In this document: piece after piece, positions 8,874-18,700 of the stretch
How positions within the stretch are numbered: the first letter of the stretch is position 1
How the letters are laid out: the number at the start of each line of letters is the position of its first letter
NCBI GenBank assembly: GCA_963768305.1
Contig: CAVYHE010000012.1
Coordinates: 1-25,550, forward strand
Direction: 5' to 3'
Source of the DNA: an uncultured bacterium
GTDB taxonomy: Bacteria > Margulisbacteria > WOR-1 > CAVSGV01
DNA: 25,550 bases
Program-made: the position numbers and the translations under genes
Notes under the pieces: model-generated
What the model was told of the DNA's origin: nothing
Databases searched by the model: none
Seen by the model: only the letters and a program-made list of their open reading frames with translations

Positions 8874-9092
8874 ATGGATGATTTCAGCAATATCATTAAT
8901 TCCATAGACAACATGTTCTATGAGGACAAAGAAGGCAAAGTCTACAAGTTATTGCTTGAATCATTGGAGCGGCCTCTTTTTGAAAGCGTCCTCCGTTACA
9001 CGCATGGAAATAAGCTGAAGGCCTCAAGAATCCTCGGGTTGAACAGGAACACATTAAAATCAAGGCTGAAAAAGCTGGGAATGGCCAGGTGA
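8874..9092 (+). CDS. Stand-alone Fis/NtrC-type HTH (HTH_8) DNA-binding protein
   Basis: LLESLERPLFESVLRYTHGNKLKASRILGLNRNTLKSRLKKLG; SD GGAGG at 8859-8863. Confidence 0.8.
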   Translation: MDDFSNIINSIDNMFYEDKEGKVYKLLLESLERPLFESVLRYTHGNKLKASRILGLNRNTLKSRLKKLGMAR

Positions 9093-9131
9093 ATTTCTTT
9101 CAATCAGCCTAATTTTAAGCTTTATTCGGGC

Positions 9132-9160
9132 TGGACAAACCATTTCATCAACTATATAAT
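9132..9160 (+). promoter_or_regulatory. Sigma70-type promoter of glnA2-gltBD
   Basis: TGGACA (9132-9137), 17 nt, TATAAT (9155-9160). Confidence 0.7.
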
Positions 9161-9215
9161 TCATATCCTGTTCCTATTTTTCGCGTTCCAGCAAATATAT
9201 TAAAGGAGGGATTGC

Positions 9216-10541
9216 ATGACTACAAAAGAGGACATATTAAAGGCGGTAAAGGAAAATGATGTGGAGTTCATAAGGCTTTGGTTCACGGACATTAACGGTA
9301 TCCTGAAGAGTTTCGCCATTGGAAGGGAAGAACTTGAAGGGGCTTTGACCGAAGGAATGGGGTTTGACGGCTCTTCGATCACGGGATTCCAGGACATCGA
9401 AGAATCGGACATGATAGCAAAGCCGGACCCGAATACTTTTGCCATTCTTCCATGGCGGCCGCAGGAAAAATCCGTGGCAAGGATGATATGCGATATTTAC
9501 CAGCCGGGAGGAAAGCCTTACGAAGGGGATTCCAGGTATATATTGAAAAGGGCCCTGGAAAAGATGAAAAAAATGGGATTTGACCATTTTTATGTCGGGC
9601 CTGAGCTTGAATATTTTTATTTCAAGAATTCCGAAAAGCCGGAAATAATCGATCAAGGCGGATATTTTGACCTGACCCCCCTGGATATGGCTTCGAACCT
9701 TAGAAGAGAGACAGTTCTTGCCCTGAAATCCCTTGGCATTCATGTGGAGTATAGCCATCATGAAGTCGCTCCGTCCCAGCATGAGATAGACATGCGTTAT
9801 GCCGACGGCCTTGGAATGGCGGATAATGTTGTCACCTACAGGTTGACGGTGAAGGAGATAGCTAACAAGAACGGCGTTTACGCCAGCTTCATGCCGAAGC
9901 CGATGTTCGGGCAGAACGGGAGCGGAATGCACTGCCATCAGTCCCTTTTCAAAGGCAGTTCGAACATGTTCTTTGACGGAAAGGATAAATACAATCTCTC
10001 AGAGACAGGAAAATCATATATCGCCGGGATTTTAAAGCACGCGCCGGAAATGATCTCGATACTTGCTCCGTGGGTCAATTCATATAAAAGGCTTGTCCCG
10101 GGTTATGAGGCTCCTGTTTACATTGCCTGGTCCAGAAGGAACAGGTCGGCGTTGATAAGGGTCCCAATGTACCAGCCCGGCAAAGAAGTAGCGACCCGAA
10201 TGGAGCTCAGATGCCCTGATCCTTCCGGGAATCCTTATCTTCAATTCGCGGTCATGCTTTCCGCGGGACTTAAAGGGATAAAAGAAGGATACAAGCTCGC
10301 CGAACCCATGGAATTGAACCTTTATCACCTGACGGATGAAGAAAGAAAAGAAAAGGGGATAAATTCTCTTCCGGCTTCGCTGGGCGAAGCGATAGAGATA
10401 GCGGAGAAGTCCGAATTCCTGAAAGAAGTTCTTGGCGATCACAGCTTTAACAGGTTCATCGCAATAAAAAAGCAGGAATGGGACGAATTCAGGATTCAGG
10501 TCACCGAATACGAGATCAAGAGATATTTCCCGATATTATAA
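9216..10541 (+). CDS. glnA: Glutamine synthetase type I, alpha subclass
   Basis: FIRLWFTDING, FDGSSITGF, GPELEYF, HHEVAPSQHEID, FMPKPMFGQNGSGMHCH, RNRSALIRVP; 441 aa and lacks the GSI-beta insertion. Confidence 0.95.
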   Translation: MTTKEDILKAVKENDVEFIRLWFTDINGILKSFAIGREELEGALTEGMGFDGSSITGFQDIEESDMIAKPDPNTFAILPWRPQEKSVARMICDIYQPGGKPYEGDSRYILKRALEKMKKMGFDHFYVGPELEYFYFKNSEKPEIIDQGGYFDLTPLDMASNLRRETVLALKSLGIHVEYSHHEVAPSQHEIDMRYADGLGMADNVVTYRLTVKEIANKNGVYASFMPKPMFGQNGSGMHCHQSLFKGSSNMFFDGKDKYNLSETGKSYIAGILKHAPEMISILAPWVNSYKRLVPGYEAPVYIAWSRRNRSALIRVPMYQPGKEVATRMELRCPDPSGNPYLQFAVMLSAGLKGIKEGYKLAEPMELNLYHLTDEERKEKGINSLPASLGEAIEIAEKSEFLKEVLGDHSFNRFIAIKKQEWDEFRIQVTEYEIKRYFPIL

Positions 10542-10565
10542 TGGCCGAAAGAGCGCGACAATAAA

Positions 10566-13500
10566 GTGCCGTATTCCGATAAAAAATATGGTCTGTATGA
10601 CCAGCGATTTGAACATGACAGCTGCGGCGTTGGATTTGTCTGCGATGTTAAAGGAAAAAAGTCCCAAAATATCGTAGCGCAGGGGCTGGAAGTATTAAGA
10701 AGCCTGGCGCACAGGGGCGCCACGGGCGCGGACCCGAAGACCGGCGACGGAGCTGGCATCCTTATACAGATCCCTGACGCTTACTTCCGCAAGATCGCCA
10801 AACAGAGAAAATTTAAAACTTCCTGCCGCGGGCGAATACGGCACCGGCCTGATATTCCTCCCGACAAATCCTAAAGAGAAACTTTTTTGCAAGCAGGCGC
10901 TGGCCAAATCGATAAAAAAATTCGGACAAGTTTTGATCGGATGGCGGAAGGTGCCGGTGGACAGCTCTGTCATCGGCGTGACGGCAAGGGAAACTGAACC
11001 CGCTATCGAACAGGTCTTCATCGGAAAAGGCAAAGGAATTAAGGAACAGTTAGATCTTGAACGAAAATTGTATCTAATCAGAAAACATTCCGAAAATCTT
11101 GTCCGCGGGTCCGCTCTCAAACAAAGGTCATTCTTTTATATCACGAATCTTTCATGCAGAACTTTCTCATTTAAAGGATTGCTAATGCCGGAGCAGGTCG
11201 AGGAATATTTTATTGACCTGAAAGACAAAAGCATCAGAAGTGCCATTTGCCTTGTCCATTCCAGGTATTCAACCAACACTTTCCCCACATGGGACCTGTC
11301 CCAGCCGTTCAGGTTCCTGGCGCATAACGGTGAGATTAACACTCTGCGGAGCAACATAAACTGGATGAAGGCGAAAGAAGGGCTTTTAAAGAGCTCAAAT
11401 TTCGGCAAGGACATTGAAGAGTTAAAGCCTGTTATTGTTCCCGGGGGCAGTGATTCCGCCGCTCTTGATAATGCTTTTGAGCTACTGACGCTTTCAGGCC
11501 GGTCCATCCAGCATGCGATGAGCATGCTCATTCCCGCCGCATGGCAGCAGAACGAGCACCTCGATAAAAAAGTCCGCGACTTTTTCCGGTTCCATTCATG
11601 CCTTACGGAGGCGTGGGACGGCCCGGCGGCGATAGCGTTCACAGACGGAAAGCAGATAGGCGCCGTGCTGGACAGGAACGGTTTAAGGCCGGCAAGATAC
11701 ATTGTGACAAAAAAAGGCCTTGTTGTAATGGCTTCAGAGGTCGGGGTCTTGAAGATAGATCCTGCTGATATCCTTAAGTCCGGGAGACTTGAACCCGGGA
11801 AAATGTTCTTTATCGATACGGAACACGGGCGGATAATCGACGACAGTGAGATAAAAGGGAAGATGGCTTCGTCAAAGCCATACGGGTTGTGGCTTAAGGC
11901 GAATATCGTTGACATTGACGAACTGCCGAAAAGGAAGGTCAAGCCAAAACTCCCTGACATCATTCCGCTGATGAAGATGTTCGGGTACACGAGAGAAGAC
12001 TGGAACATCATAATGAAACCGATGGCGGAAACGGGAGCGGAGCCGGTCGGGGCCATGGGAGATGACGCTCCTCACGCGATACTTTCAAAAAGGCCCCAGC
12101 TTCTTTTCAGGTATTTCAAGCAGCTTTTCGCGCAGGTCACAAATCCCGCGATCGATCCCATACGCGAAGAGATAGTGATGAGCCTGGAGAATTTTATCGG
12201 CCCGGAAAAGAATTTCCTGGATGAATCGCCTTCGCACGCCAGGAAGCTCAGGATAACACATCCGGTCCTTTCAAATGAAGAGCTTGAAAAGATCAAAAGT
12301 ATAAATAAAAAAGGATTTAAGACAAAAGTTATTTCCTTGCTGTTCAGCTTTGATAAAAAAGGAGGGCTTGTCAAAGCTTTGGACAGGATATGCAATGAAG
12401 CGGCATCAGCCATAAAGAACGGCTATTCTTTCATTATCCTCAGCGATAGGGGTGTAAATTTCAAGATTCGCGGCATTGCCGATTTTGCTTGCCGTTGGTG
12501 CTGTGCATCAACATCTGGTCAGGTTATCTTTGAGGACCCAGATCGGCATAATAGTGGAAAGCGGCGAGCCCAGGGAAGTGCATCATTTCGCGCTTCTTTT
12601 CGGATACGGAGCGGATGCCGTAAATCCTTACCTTGCATACGCAATAGTTGAAAAACAAGCGGATGATGGCGACTTGGAGATGGACCGCGAAAACGCCGTC
12701 AAGAAATACAAAAAAGCTGTTGATAAAGGCATCTTGAAGATCCTCTCAAAGATGGGCATCTCCACGCTTCAAAGCTATCGCGGCGCGCAAATATTCGAAT
12801 CCCTCGGGCTTGGGCCGCAGGTAATAGACAGGTGTTTTACCGGGACCGTGTCAAGGATTGGCGGGGCCGGCTTTGACATCATAGAAAAAGAAGTAGCGAT
12901 AAGGCATAACGAAGCGTTCCCGGACAGGGAAGGCGGCAACATCATCCTTGATACCGGCGGTTTTTATAAGTGGCGAAAGGACGGAGAATTCCATCTCTGG
13001 AACCCTTATTCGGTCGCCGCTCTGCAGGATGCGACCAGATCCAACAGTTATGAAAGATACAAGGAATTCGCAAAGCTCATCAATGACCAGTCAAAGAACC
13101 CGAGTACATTAAGGAGCTTGTTGAAATTCAAGAAATGCCGCCCGATCCCGCTTGATGAGGTTGAATCGGAAGATAAAATATTAAAACGTTTCGTGACGAG
13201 TGCGATGAGCTTCGGCTCCATAAGCAAAGGAGCACATGAATCGCTTGCGATAGCGATGAACCGCCTTGGCGGAAGGTCAAATACGGGCGAGGGCGGCGAA
13301 GATCCCGCGAGATTTGCTCCGCTCCCGAACGGCGATTCAATGAGGTCATCGGTAAAGCAGGTGGCTTCGGGCAGGTTCGGCGTAACCACGAATTATCTTG
13401 TCAATGCGGATGAGATACAGATAAAGATCGCGCAGGGCGCAAAGCCCGGCGAGGGCGGTCAGCTTCCCGGCCATAAGGTAAGCGAGATCATCGCGAGAAC

Positions 13501-15088
13501 AAGGTATACCACTCCCGGCGTGACACTGATATCACCGCCGCCTCATCATGACATTTATTCCATCGAAGACCTGGCGCAGCTGATATTCGACCTCAAGAAC
13601 ACGAACCCGAAAGCCAGGATAAGCGTAAAGCTGGTTTCCGAAATAGGCGTCGGCACTATCGCCGCCGGCGTGGCAAAAGGGCATGCCGACATGATCCTGA
13701 TATCCGGCGCGGACGGAGGGACAGGAGCTTCTCCGTTAAGTTCCATAAAACACGCGGGCCTTCCCTGGGAGCTGGGAATTTCCGAAACCCACCAGACGCT
13801 CGTGATGAACGACCTTAGGAGCAGGGTAAGGCTGCAGACCGACGGCCAGATGAGGACCGGCCGGGATGTCGCCATAGCTGCCATATTAGGCGCTGAGGAA
13901 TACGGGTTTTGCACGGCCGCGCTCATAGTCCTCGGATGCGTAATGCTGAGGCATTGCAACCTGAACAACTGTTCCATGGGCGTGGCAACCCAGGATGATG
14001 CGCTTCAGGCCAGGTTCATTGGAAAGCCGGAGCATGTCGAGAATTATTTTAAATTCATAGCAAGGGACCTGCGGGAAATAATGGCAGAGCTCGGCGTAAG
14101 AAAAGTGGACGATCTCATAGGAAGAACTGAACTGCTGGAGGTCAATGCCGATGTTGTTCCGTGGAAAGCGAAAAAAATGGATTTTTCGAAAATATTGTTC
14201 AAGCCGGATGCCGGACCAAAGACCGGAGTTTTCTTCCAGCATCCGCAGGACCACGGGATCAGCAAGGTCCTGGACAGAAAATTGATCGAACAGGCGGAAC
14301 ATGCCATAAAGACCGGCAAGCCTGTCAAGATCGATACCGTCATTTCCAATATTAACAGGACCACGGGTGCGATGCTCAGCGGGGAAGTATGTAAGGTCCA
14401 CGGAGAGCTGGGGCTTCCGGAGGATACGATCCATTGTAAATTTAACGGAGTTGCGGGACAGAGCTTTGGCGCGTGGCTTGCAAAAGGGATCACTTTTGAG
14501 CTTGAAGGAATGGCAAATGATTATGTCGGAAAGGGAATTTCCGGAGGGAAGATCATCGTTTATCCGGACAAAAAATCCGATTTCGTGGCGGAAGAGAATA
14601 TCATTATCGGCAATACCACTTTTTACGGCGCGATCACCGGTGAAGCTTTCGTCAGAGGAAAAGCCGGCGAAAGGTTCTGCATCAGAAATTCCGGTTTAAA
14701 TGCGGTCGTTGAAGGGGTGGGGGACCACGGATGCGAATACATGACTGGCGGCCGCGTTGTGGTGCTTGGCGGGACCGGAAGGAATTTTGCCGCGGGAATG
14801 TCCGGCGGGATAGCCTATGTCTATGATAAGGACGGAGCTTTCAAGACTAAATGCAACATGGAAATGGTCAGCTTTGGTCCGCTGGACGGCGAAGACGTCC
14901 AGGTCATAAAGGAGCTTTTAAGCAAGCATCATAAATACACGGACAGCCCGTTGGCCAAAAAGATCGCCGATAATATGGAGCCGCATTTAAAGAAATTCAT
15001 AAAGGTCATTCCGCTCGAATATAAGCGCGTTCTTAAAGAAAAAATCCTCGAGGAAAAGTCGGATCTTTCGGAGGATTCTGATGGGTGA
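10566..15088 (+). CDS. gltB: Glutamate synthase large subunit, split by two +1 frameshifts (~10810 and ~12460) in this sequence
   Basis: HDSCGVGF (N-terminal Cys of the mature amidotransferase), [43 protein letters not shown] and the 3Fe-4[13 protein letters not shown] motif are spread over ORFs 10566-10874, 10933-12651 and 12476-15088. These join if one base is removed at each break. The start is uncertain. Confidence 0.93.
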
Positions 15089-16475
15089 CATAAAAGGGTT
15101 CATGAAATTCAAAGAGAAGGATCCCGAGTACAGGCGAGCGTGCGACCGCGTGAAAGATTACAGCGATGTGATGATCGCAAGGAGCGAGGGGATTTCCAGG
15201 GAACAGGCGTCGCGATGCATGGATTGCGGAACGCCCTTTTGCAACTTCGGCTGCCCCTTAGGGAACTATATTCCCGAATGGAATGACAGCGCTTATGCAG
15301 GCCACTGGAGCTCTGCATTCGACCTTCTTAATGCGACGAACAACCTCCCTGAAATAACGGGAAGGGTCTGTCCCGCACAGTGCGAATACGCATGCGTCCT
15401 GGGAATTAATGACGATCCCGTTACCATCAGGGAGAACGAACTTTCCATTATCGAATATGCTTTTGACCATGGTTTAATAAAGCCTGTTCCGCCTAAGAAA
15501 CGGACAGGTAAAAAGGTCGCTGTCATCGGTTCTGGCCCGTCCGGCTTATCTGTCGCCGCGCAGCTTAACCGCGCCGGCCACAAGGTGACCGTGTTTGAAA
15601 AAGACGACAAAATAGGCGGCATAATGAGGTACGGGATACCCGATTTCAAGCTTGAAAAAAAGGTCCTCGACCGCAGGATCGCTATCTGGGAAAAAGAAGG
15701 GATAAATTTTGTCGCGGGAGTTAATGTCGGGACAGATATTTCCCCGTCAAAATTATTGAAAGATTATGACGCGGTCTGCCTCGCGGGCGGTTCCAGGGTC
15801 CCGAGGGACCTAAAAGTTGAAGGAAGAGAACTTTCGGGCATCTATTTCGCAATGGATTTCCTGACGCAATCGAATATAAAAGTGTCGGGACAAAAGGTTC
15901 CCGCTCAAGATCTGATAGATGCGAAAGGGAAAAAAGTCGTGATAATAGGCGGCGGAGACACGGGAGCCGATTGCGTCGGGACCGCCAACCGCCAGGGAGC
16001 GAAAAGCGTCACGCAGATAGAAGTTCTGCCGAAACCGCCGGAAGACAGGCCTATTGACCAGCCATGGCCGGCATACCCGGCGATACTTAAAACATCTACC
16101 AGCCACGGAGAAGGATGCGAAAGATACTGGTCTGTTGTGACCAAAAAGTTCGCCGGCGAAGGCGGCAAGGTGAAAAAGCTGATAGGCGAAAAGGACGGCA
16201 GACCCTTCGAGATCAAAGCTGACATGGTGATACTGGCAATGGGATTCCTCCATCCCGACAGGACAGGGCTTATCGAAAAACTTGATTTAGATCTGGACCA
16301 AAGAGGCAATGTAAAGACAGGCGATGATTTCATGACCTCTAAAAAAGGCGTGTTTTCCGCCGGTGATATGCGCAGGGGCCAATCACTTATCGTGTGGGCC
16401 ATCAGCGAAGGCCGGAAAGCCGCGCGCTCGATAGATATTTTCCTCATGGGAAAGAGCAACCTTCCGGCAATTTAG
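15081..16475 (+). CDS. gltD: Glutamate synthase small subunit
   Basis: CMDCGTPFCNFGCP and CPAQCEYAC Fe-S motifs, GSGPSG (FAD), GGGDTG (NADPH), GDMRRGQSL; overlaps the gltB stop. Confidence 0.96.
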   Translation: MGDIKGFMKFKEKDPEYRRACDRVKDYSDVMIARSEGISREQASRCMDCGTPFCNFGCPLGNYIPEWNDSAYAGHWSSAFDLLNATNNLPEITGRVCPAQCEYACVLGINDDPVTIRENELSIIEYAFDHGLIKPVPPKKRTGKKVAVIGSGPSGLSVAAQLNRAGHKVTVFEKDDKIGGIMRYGIPDFKLEKKVLDRRIAIWEKEGINFVAGVNVGTDISPSKLLKDYDAVCLAGGSRVPRDLKVEGRELSGIYFAMDFLTQSNIKVSGQKVPAQDLIDAKGKKVVIIGGGDTGADCVGTANRQGAKSVTQIEVLPKPPEDRPIDQPWPAYPAILKTSTSHGEGCERYWSVVTKKFAGEGGKVKKLIGEKDGRPFEIKADMVILAMGFLHPDRTGLIEKLDLDLDQRGNVKTGDDFMTSKKGVFSAGDMRRGQSLIVWAISEGRKAARSIDIFLMGKSNLPAI

Positions 16476-16540
16476 CTTTCCTTTCCTCACTTTTTCCTCT
16501 TATTAAGCCTTTTCAAGCCTTATTTTCCCTATTTTCCATG

Positions 16541-16571
16541 CAAGTTTTTGCCGTCTTTACACGATAATATA
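16541..16571 (+). promoter_or_regulatory. Putative alternative-sigma (sigma28-like) promoter
   Basis: CAAG-N16-ACGATAATATA; the same arrangement recurs at 24061-24091 on the minus strand. Confidence 0.5.
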
Positions 16572-16600
16572 AATGTAAGGAATGTGCGGAGGATAAAATA

Positions 16601-17260
16601 ATGGCTCAAATAGATTCATCAAAATTTAAAGTTCCATTTACGGCTATGCCATCAGACGTAACTTCTGTTGCGCCAAAACCATTTACAGCAAAGCCAGTTG
16701 ATGTGGCGAAGCTTCGTGGATTGTATCCCGCAGGTTCTGCCCGAAAAATGCTCGCAGAGTCTCTTAAGGGTTTTGTTACAACAATAGGACCGGAACTGAA
16801 TTCAGTCCTGAATTTAGCCCTGGATTCATTTCAAATAATCGATACAGATGGAAATCAAAAAAAATTCAGAAAATTCATCGATCAAGTTGAACAGGAAAAT
16901 GACCTGCCAAAAGCTGCTTTACTGCAAAATCTGCTTAAAAACCGAACGATCATTGCTGATGTTGTCGTGCCCAGGCTTGAAAAGCTCAAATCTGACCAGA
17001 AATATCATTCCGGCGCAAAACCTGGAGATATCATCCTTGATCTTAAGATCGCTCAAGGTAACCAGAAAGACGGCGCGACCAAGGTCGCCATTGGGTCGAT
17101 TCAAAACCCTCAACCTGTCAATACATCGAGAACAGGAATTGATCAGACGCGCAGCTCTTCTACGGTGGGGAAAAATGGGAATGATGGAGATGTTTTTAAG
17201 GTCAACGATAGTTGGCTTGTAAAAACAGCATATGCATTGATCAATAAGAGGGAAAAATGA
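16601..17260 (+). CDS. Hypothetical protein
   Basis: 219-aa ORF with SD GGAGG; no recognised motif. Confidence 0.7.
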   Translation: MAQIDSSKFKVPFTAMPSDVTSVAPKPFTAKPVDVAKLRGLYPAGSARKMLAESLKGFVTTIGPELNSVLNLALDSFQIIDTDGNQKKFRKFIDQVEQENDLPKAALLQNLLKNRTIIADVVVPRLEKLKSDQKYHSGAKPGDIILDLKIAQGNQKDGATKVAIGSIQNPQPVNTSRTGIDQTRSSSTVGKNGNDGDVFKVNDSWLVKTAYALINKREK

Positions 17261-17742
17261 TAAACGAAGAACATAAATACGAAGTCGAAAAGATTCTCAG
17301 TGCGTTCTGGGCGGATCACGGGAAAAGCATGGCTGTGAATGCCAGGCACACGACCGTGAACGTTGAGCCGAAATTCATCATCGGCAACCGCATAAACTCC
17401 GAGGTCGCAAAAAAGATAATAGGGGTTTATCTTTCACAATTGACTTCCGACAAGGTAGTTACCGACCAGGTCGTGATTGATAGCGACGGCATAAAGGTTT
17501 TTGATGAAGGCAAGATGGTCGTTGAGATAGTGAACAGCAGATTCGTCGATTCAGTATCGAACAGCGTAACCTCGCAGATCGGAAAGGCACTGATAAAAAA
17601 AGAGTATATTAATTCAGCGGATAAGGAAACATTTACTTTCGGGGAGATAAAACAGGCGCTGGCTGAATTCCTCATGGATTCCGGCAAGAACGATTCAAAG
17701 AACATGCTCAAGGATGCAGTCATGCTTCTCGCAAAGAACTGA
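17257..17742 (+). CDS. Hypothetical protein
   Basis: 161-aa ORF, ATGA overlap with the upstream gene and SD GAGGG. Confidence 0.7.
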   Translation: MINEEHKYEVEKILSAFWADHGKSMAVNARHTTVNVEPKFIIGNRINSEVAKKIIGVYLSQLTSDKVVTDQVVIDSDGIKVFDEGKMVVEIVNSRFVDSVSNSVTSQIGKALIKKEYINSADKETFTFGEIKQALAEFLMDSGKNDSKNMLKDAVMLLAKN

Positions 17743-18652
17743 TCAGAACAATTTTCCCAGCTTTTCGTTCAGGAGTATCTTTGCGTTCGTTTTTTCCTCC
17801 TGAAGGTCGTTCTGGAACAGCGTCCTCGCTTTTTCGGATAGCAGAAATTTCCTTATGTTGTCCTTTATATCTTCCAGCTTTGTTTCTTTGGCGGGGACCT
17901 TGTCGATGAGCTTGAAGATGTAATATCCGGCCTCGCCCGAAATGATGCCACTGATACCGTTCGGCTTAAGGTCGAAAACGGACGAATCGTCATAAACCGG
18001 AAGCTGGCCCCTCTCCGCGGAAATATCATCGCCGGCGAATTTCGCGCCCGAATCAAGCTTCTGTTTCACATCCTGAATATCGCTCAGATCTTTCATGTAG
18101 ATCTGTTTAAGGCGCACTTTTTCTTTCTGAAAGTACAGGTCCGTGTTTTTGTCATAAAAGTCTTTTATCTCCTCGTCCGAAACAGCCAGCGTTCTGGCCC
18201 TCATGTCGATGAGCTTGTCCACGACCAGCTGCTTCCTTGTGTCCCTTTCCAGGTCATCCATCGTCAATCCCTGGTCTTCCAGGGATTGGTAGAATTCTTT
18301 CTTGGAAGGGAATGACTTTTTCATTTCGACTATCCTTGATCTTACGGACCTTTCCGGTATTTCCAGGCCTTCTCTTTCCGCCCACTGAAGAAGAATAACG
18401 GATTCTATCATCTGCTCAAGGATGGATTTTCTTGTATCCTGAAGAAGAGCCTGCTCATCAGCCGCTTCTATGCTTGTGCTTTTCGATATTTCCTTCATTG
18501 CAGCATCCACTCTTCTGTTGAAAAGGTCCATAGAAATGAATGTCTCCATTGACCTTTGCGGCCCATTCAACATGATGCGTTTTGACGGCGGAAAATGCCG
18601 GAAATGCGGCTATGAAAATGATGACAATCAGAAGGATCAGCTTGTTTTTCAT
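17743..18652 (-). CDS. SurA/PrsA-like periplasmic chaperone/parvulin PPIase, frameshifted at ~18540
   Basis: The signal peptide and AAKVNGD (18652 ORF) join IISMDLFNRRV...LEQMIESVILLQWAEREGL...GIISGEAGYYIFKLIDK if one base is removed. The gene lies downstream of mfd. Confidence 0.8.
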
Positions 18653-18700
18653 AGGAGCTGAAATTTAGCATAAGCGGGGCTGCAAGTAAAGGTCGGGAGC

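Noticed and set aside
10303..10340. NLYHL in GlnA2 as an adenylylation site
   Set aside because: A Tyr here is common in GSI-alpha enzymes that are not adenylylated, so it is not informative.
10310..10388. 
   Set aside because: Placeholder not used; no claim made.
10566..15088. gltB (and mfd) as genuine pseudogenes or programmed frameshifts
   Set aside because: No other decay is visible, catalytic motifs are intact, and similar single-base breaks hit several unrelated genes, so sequencing error is more parsimonious.
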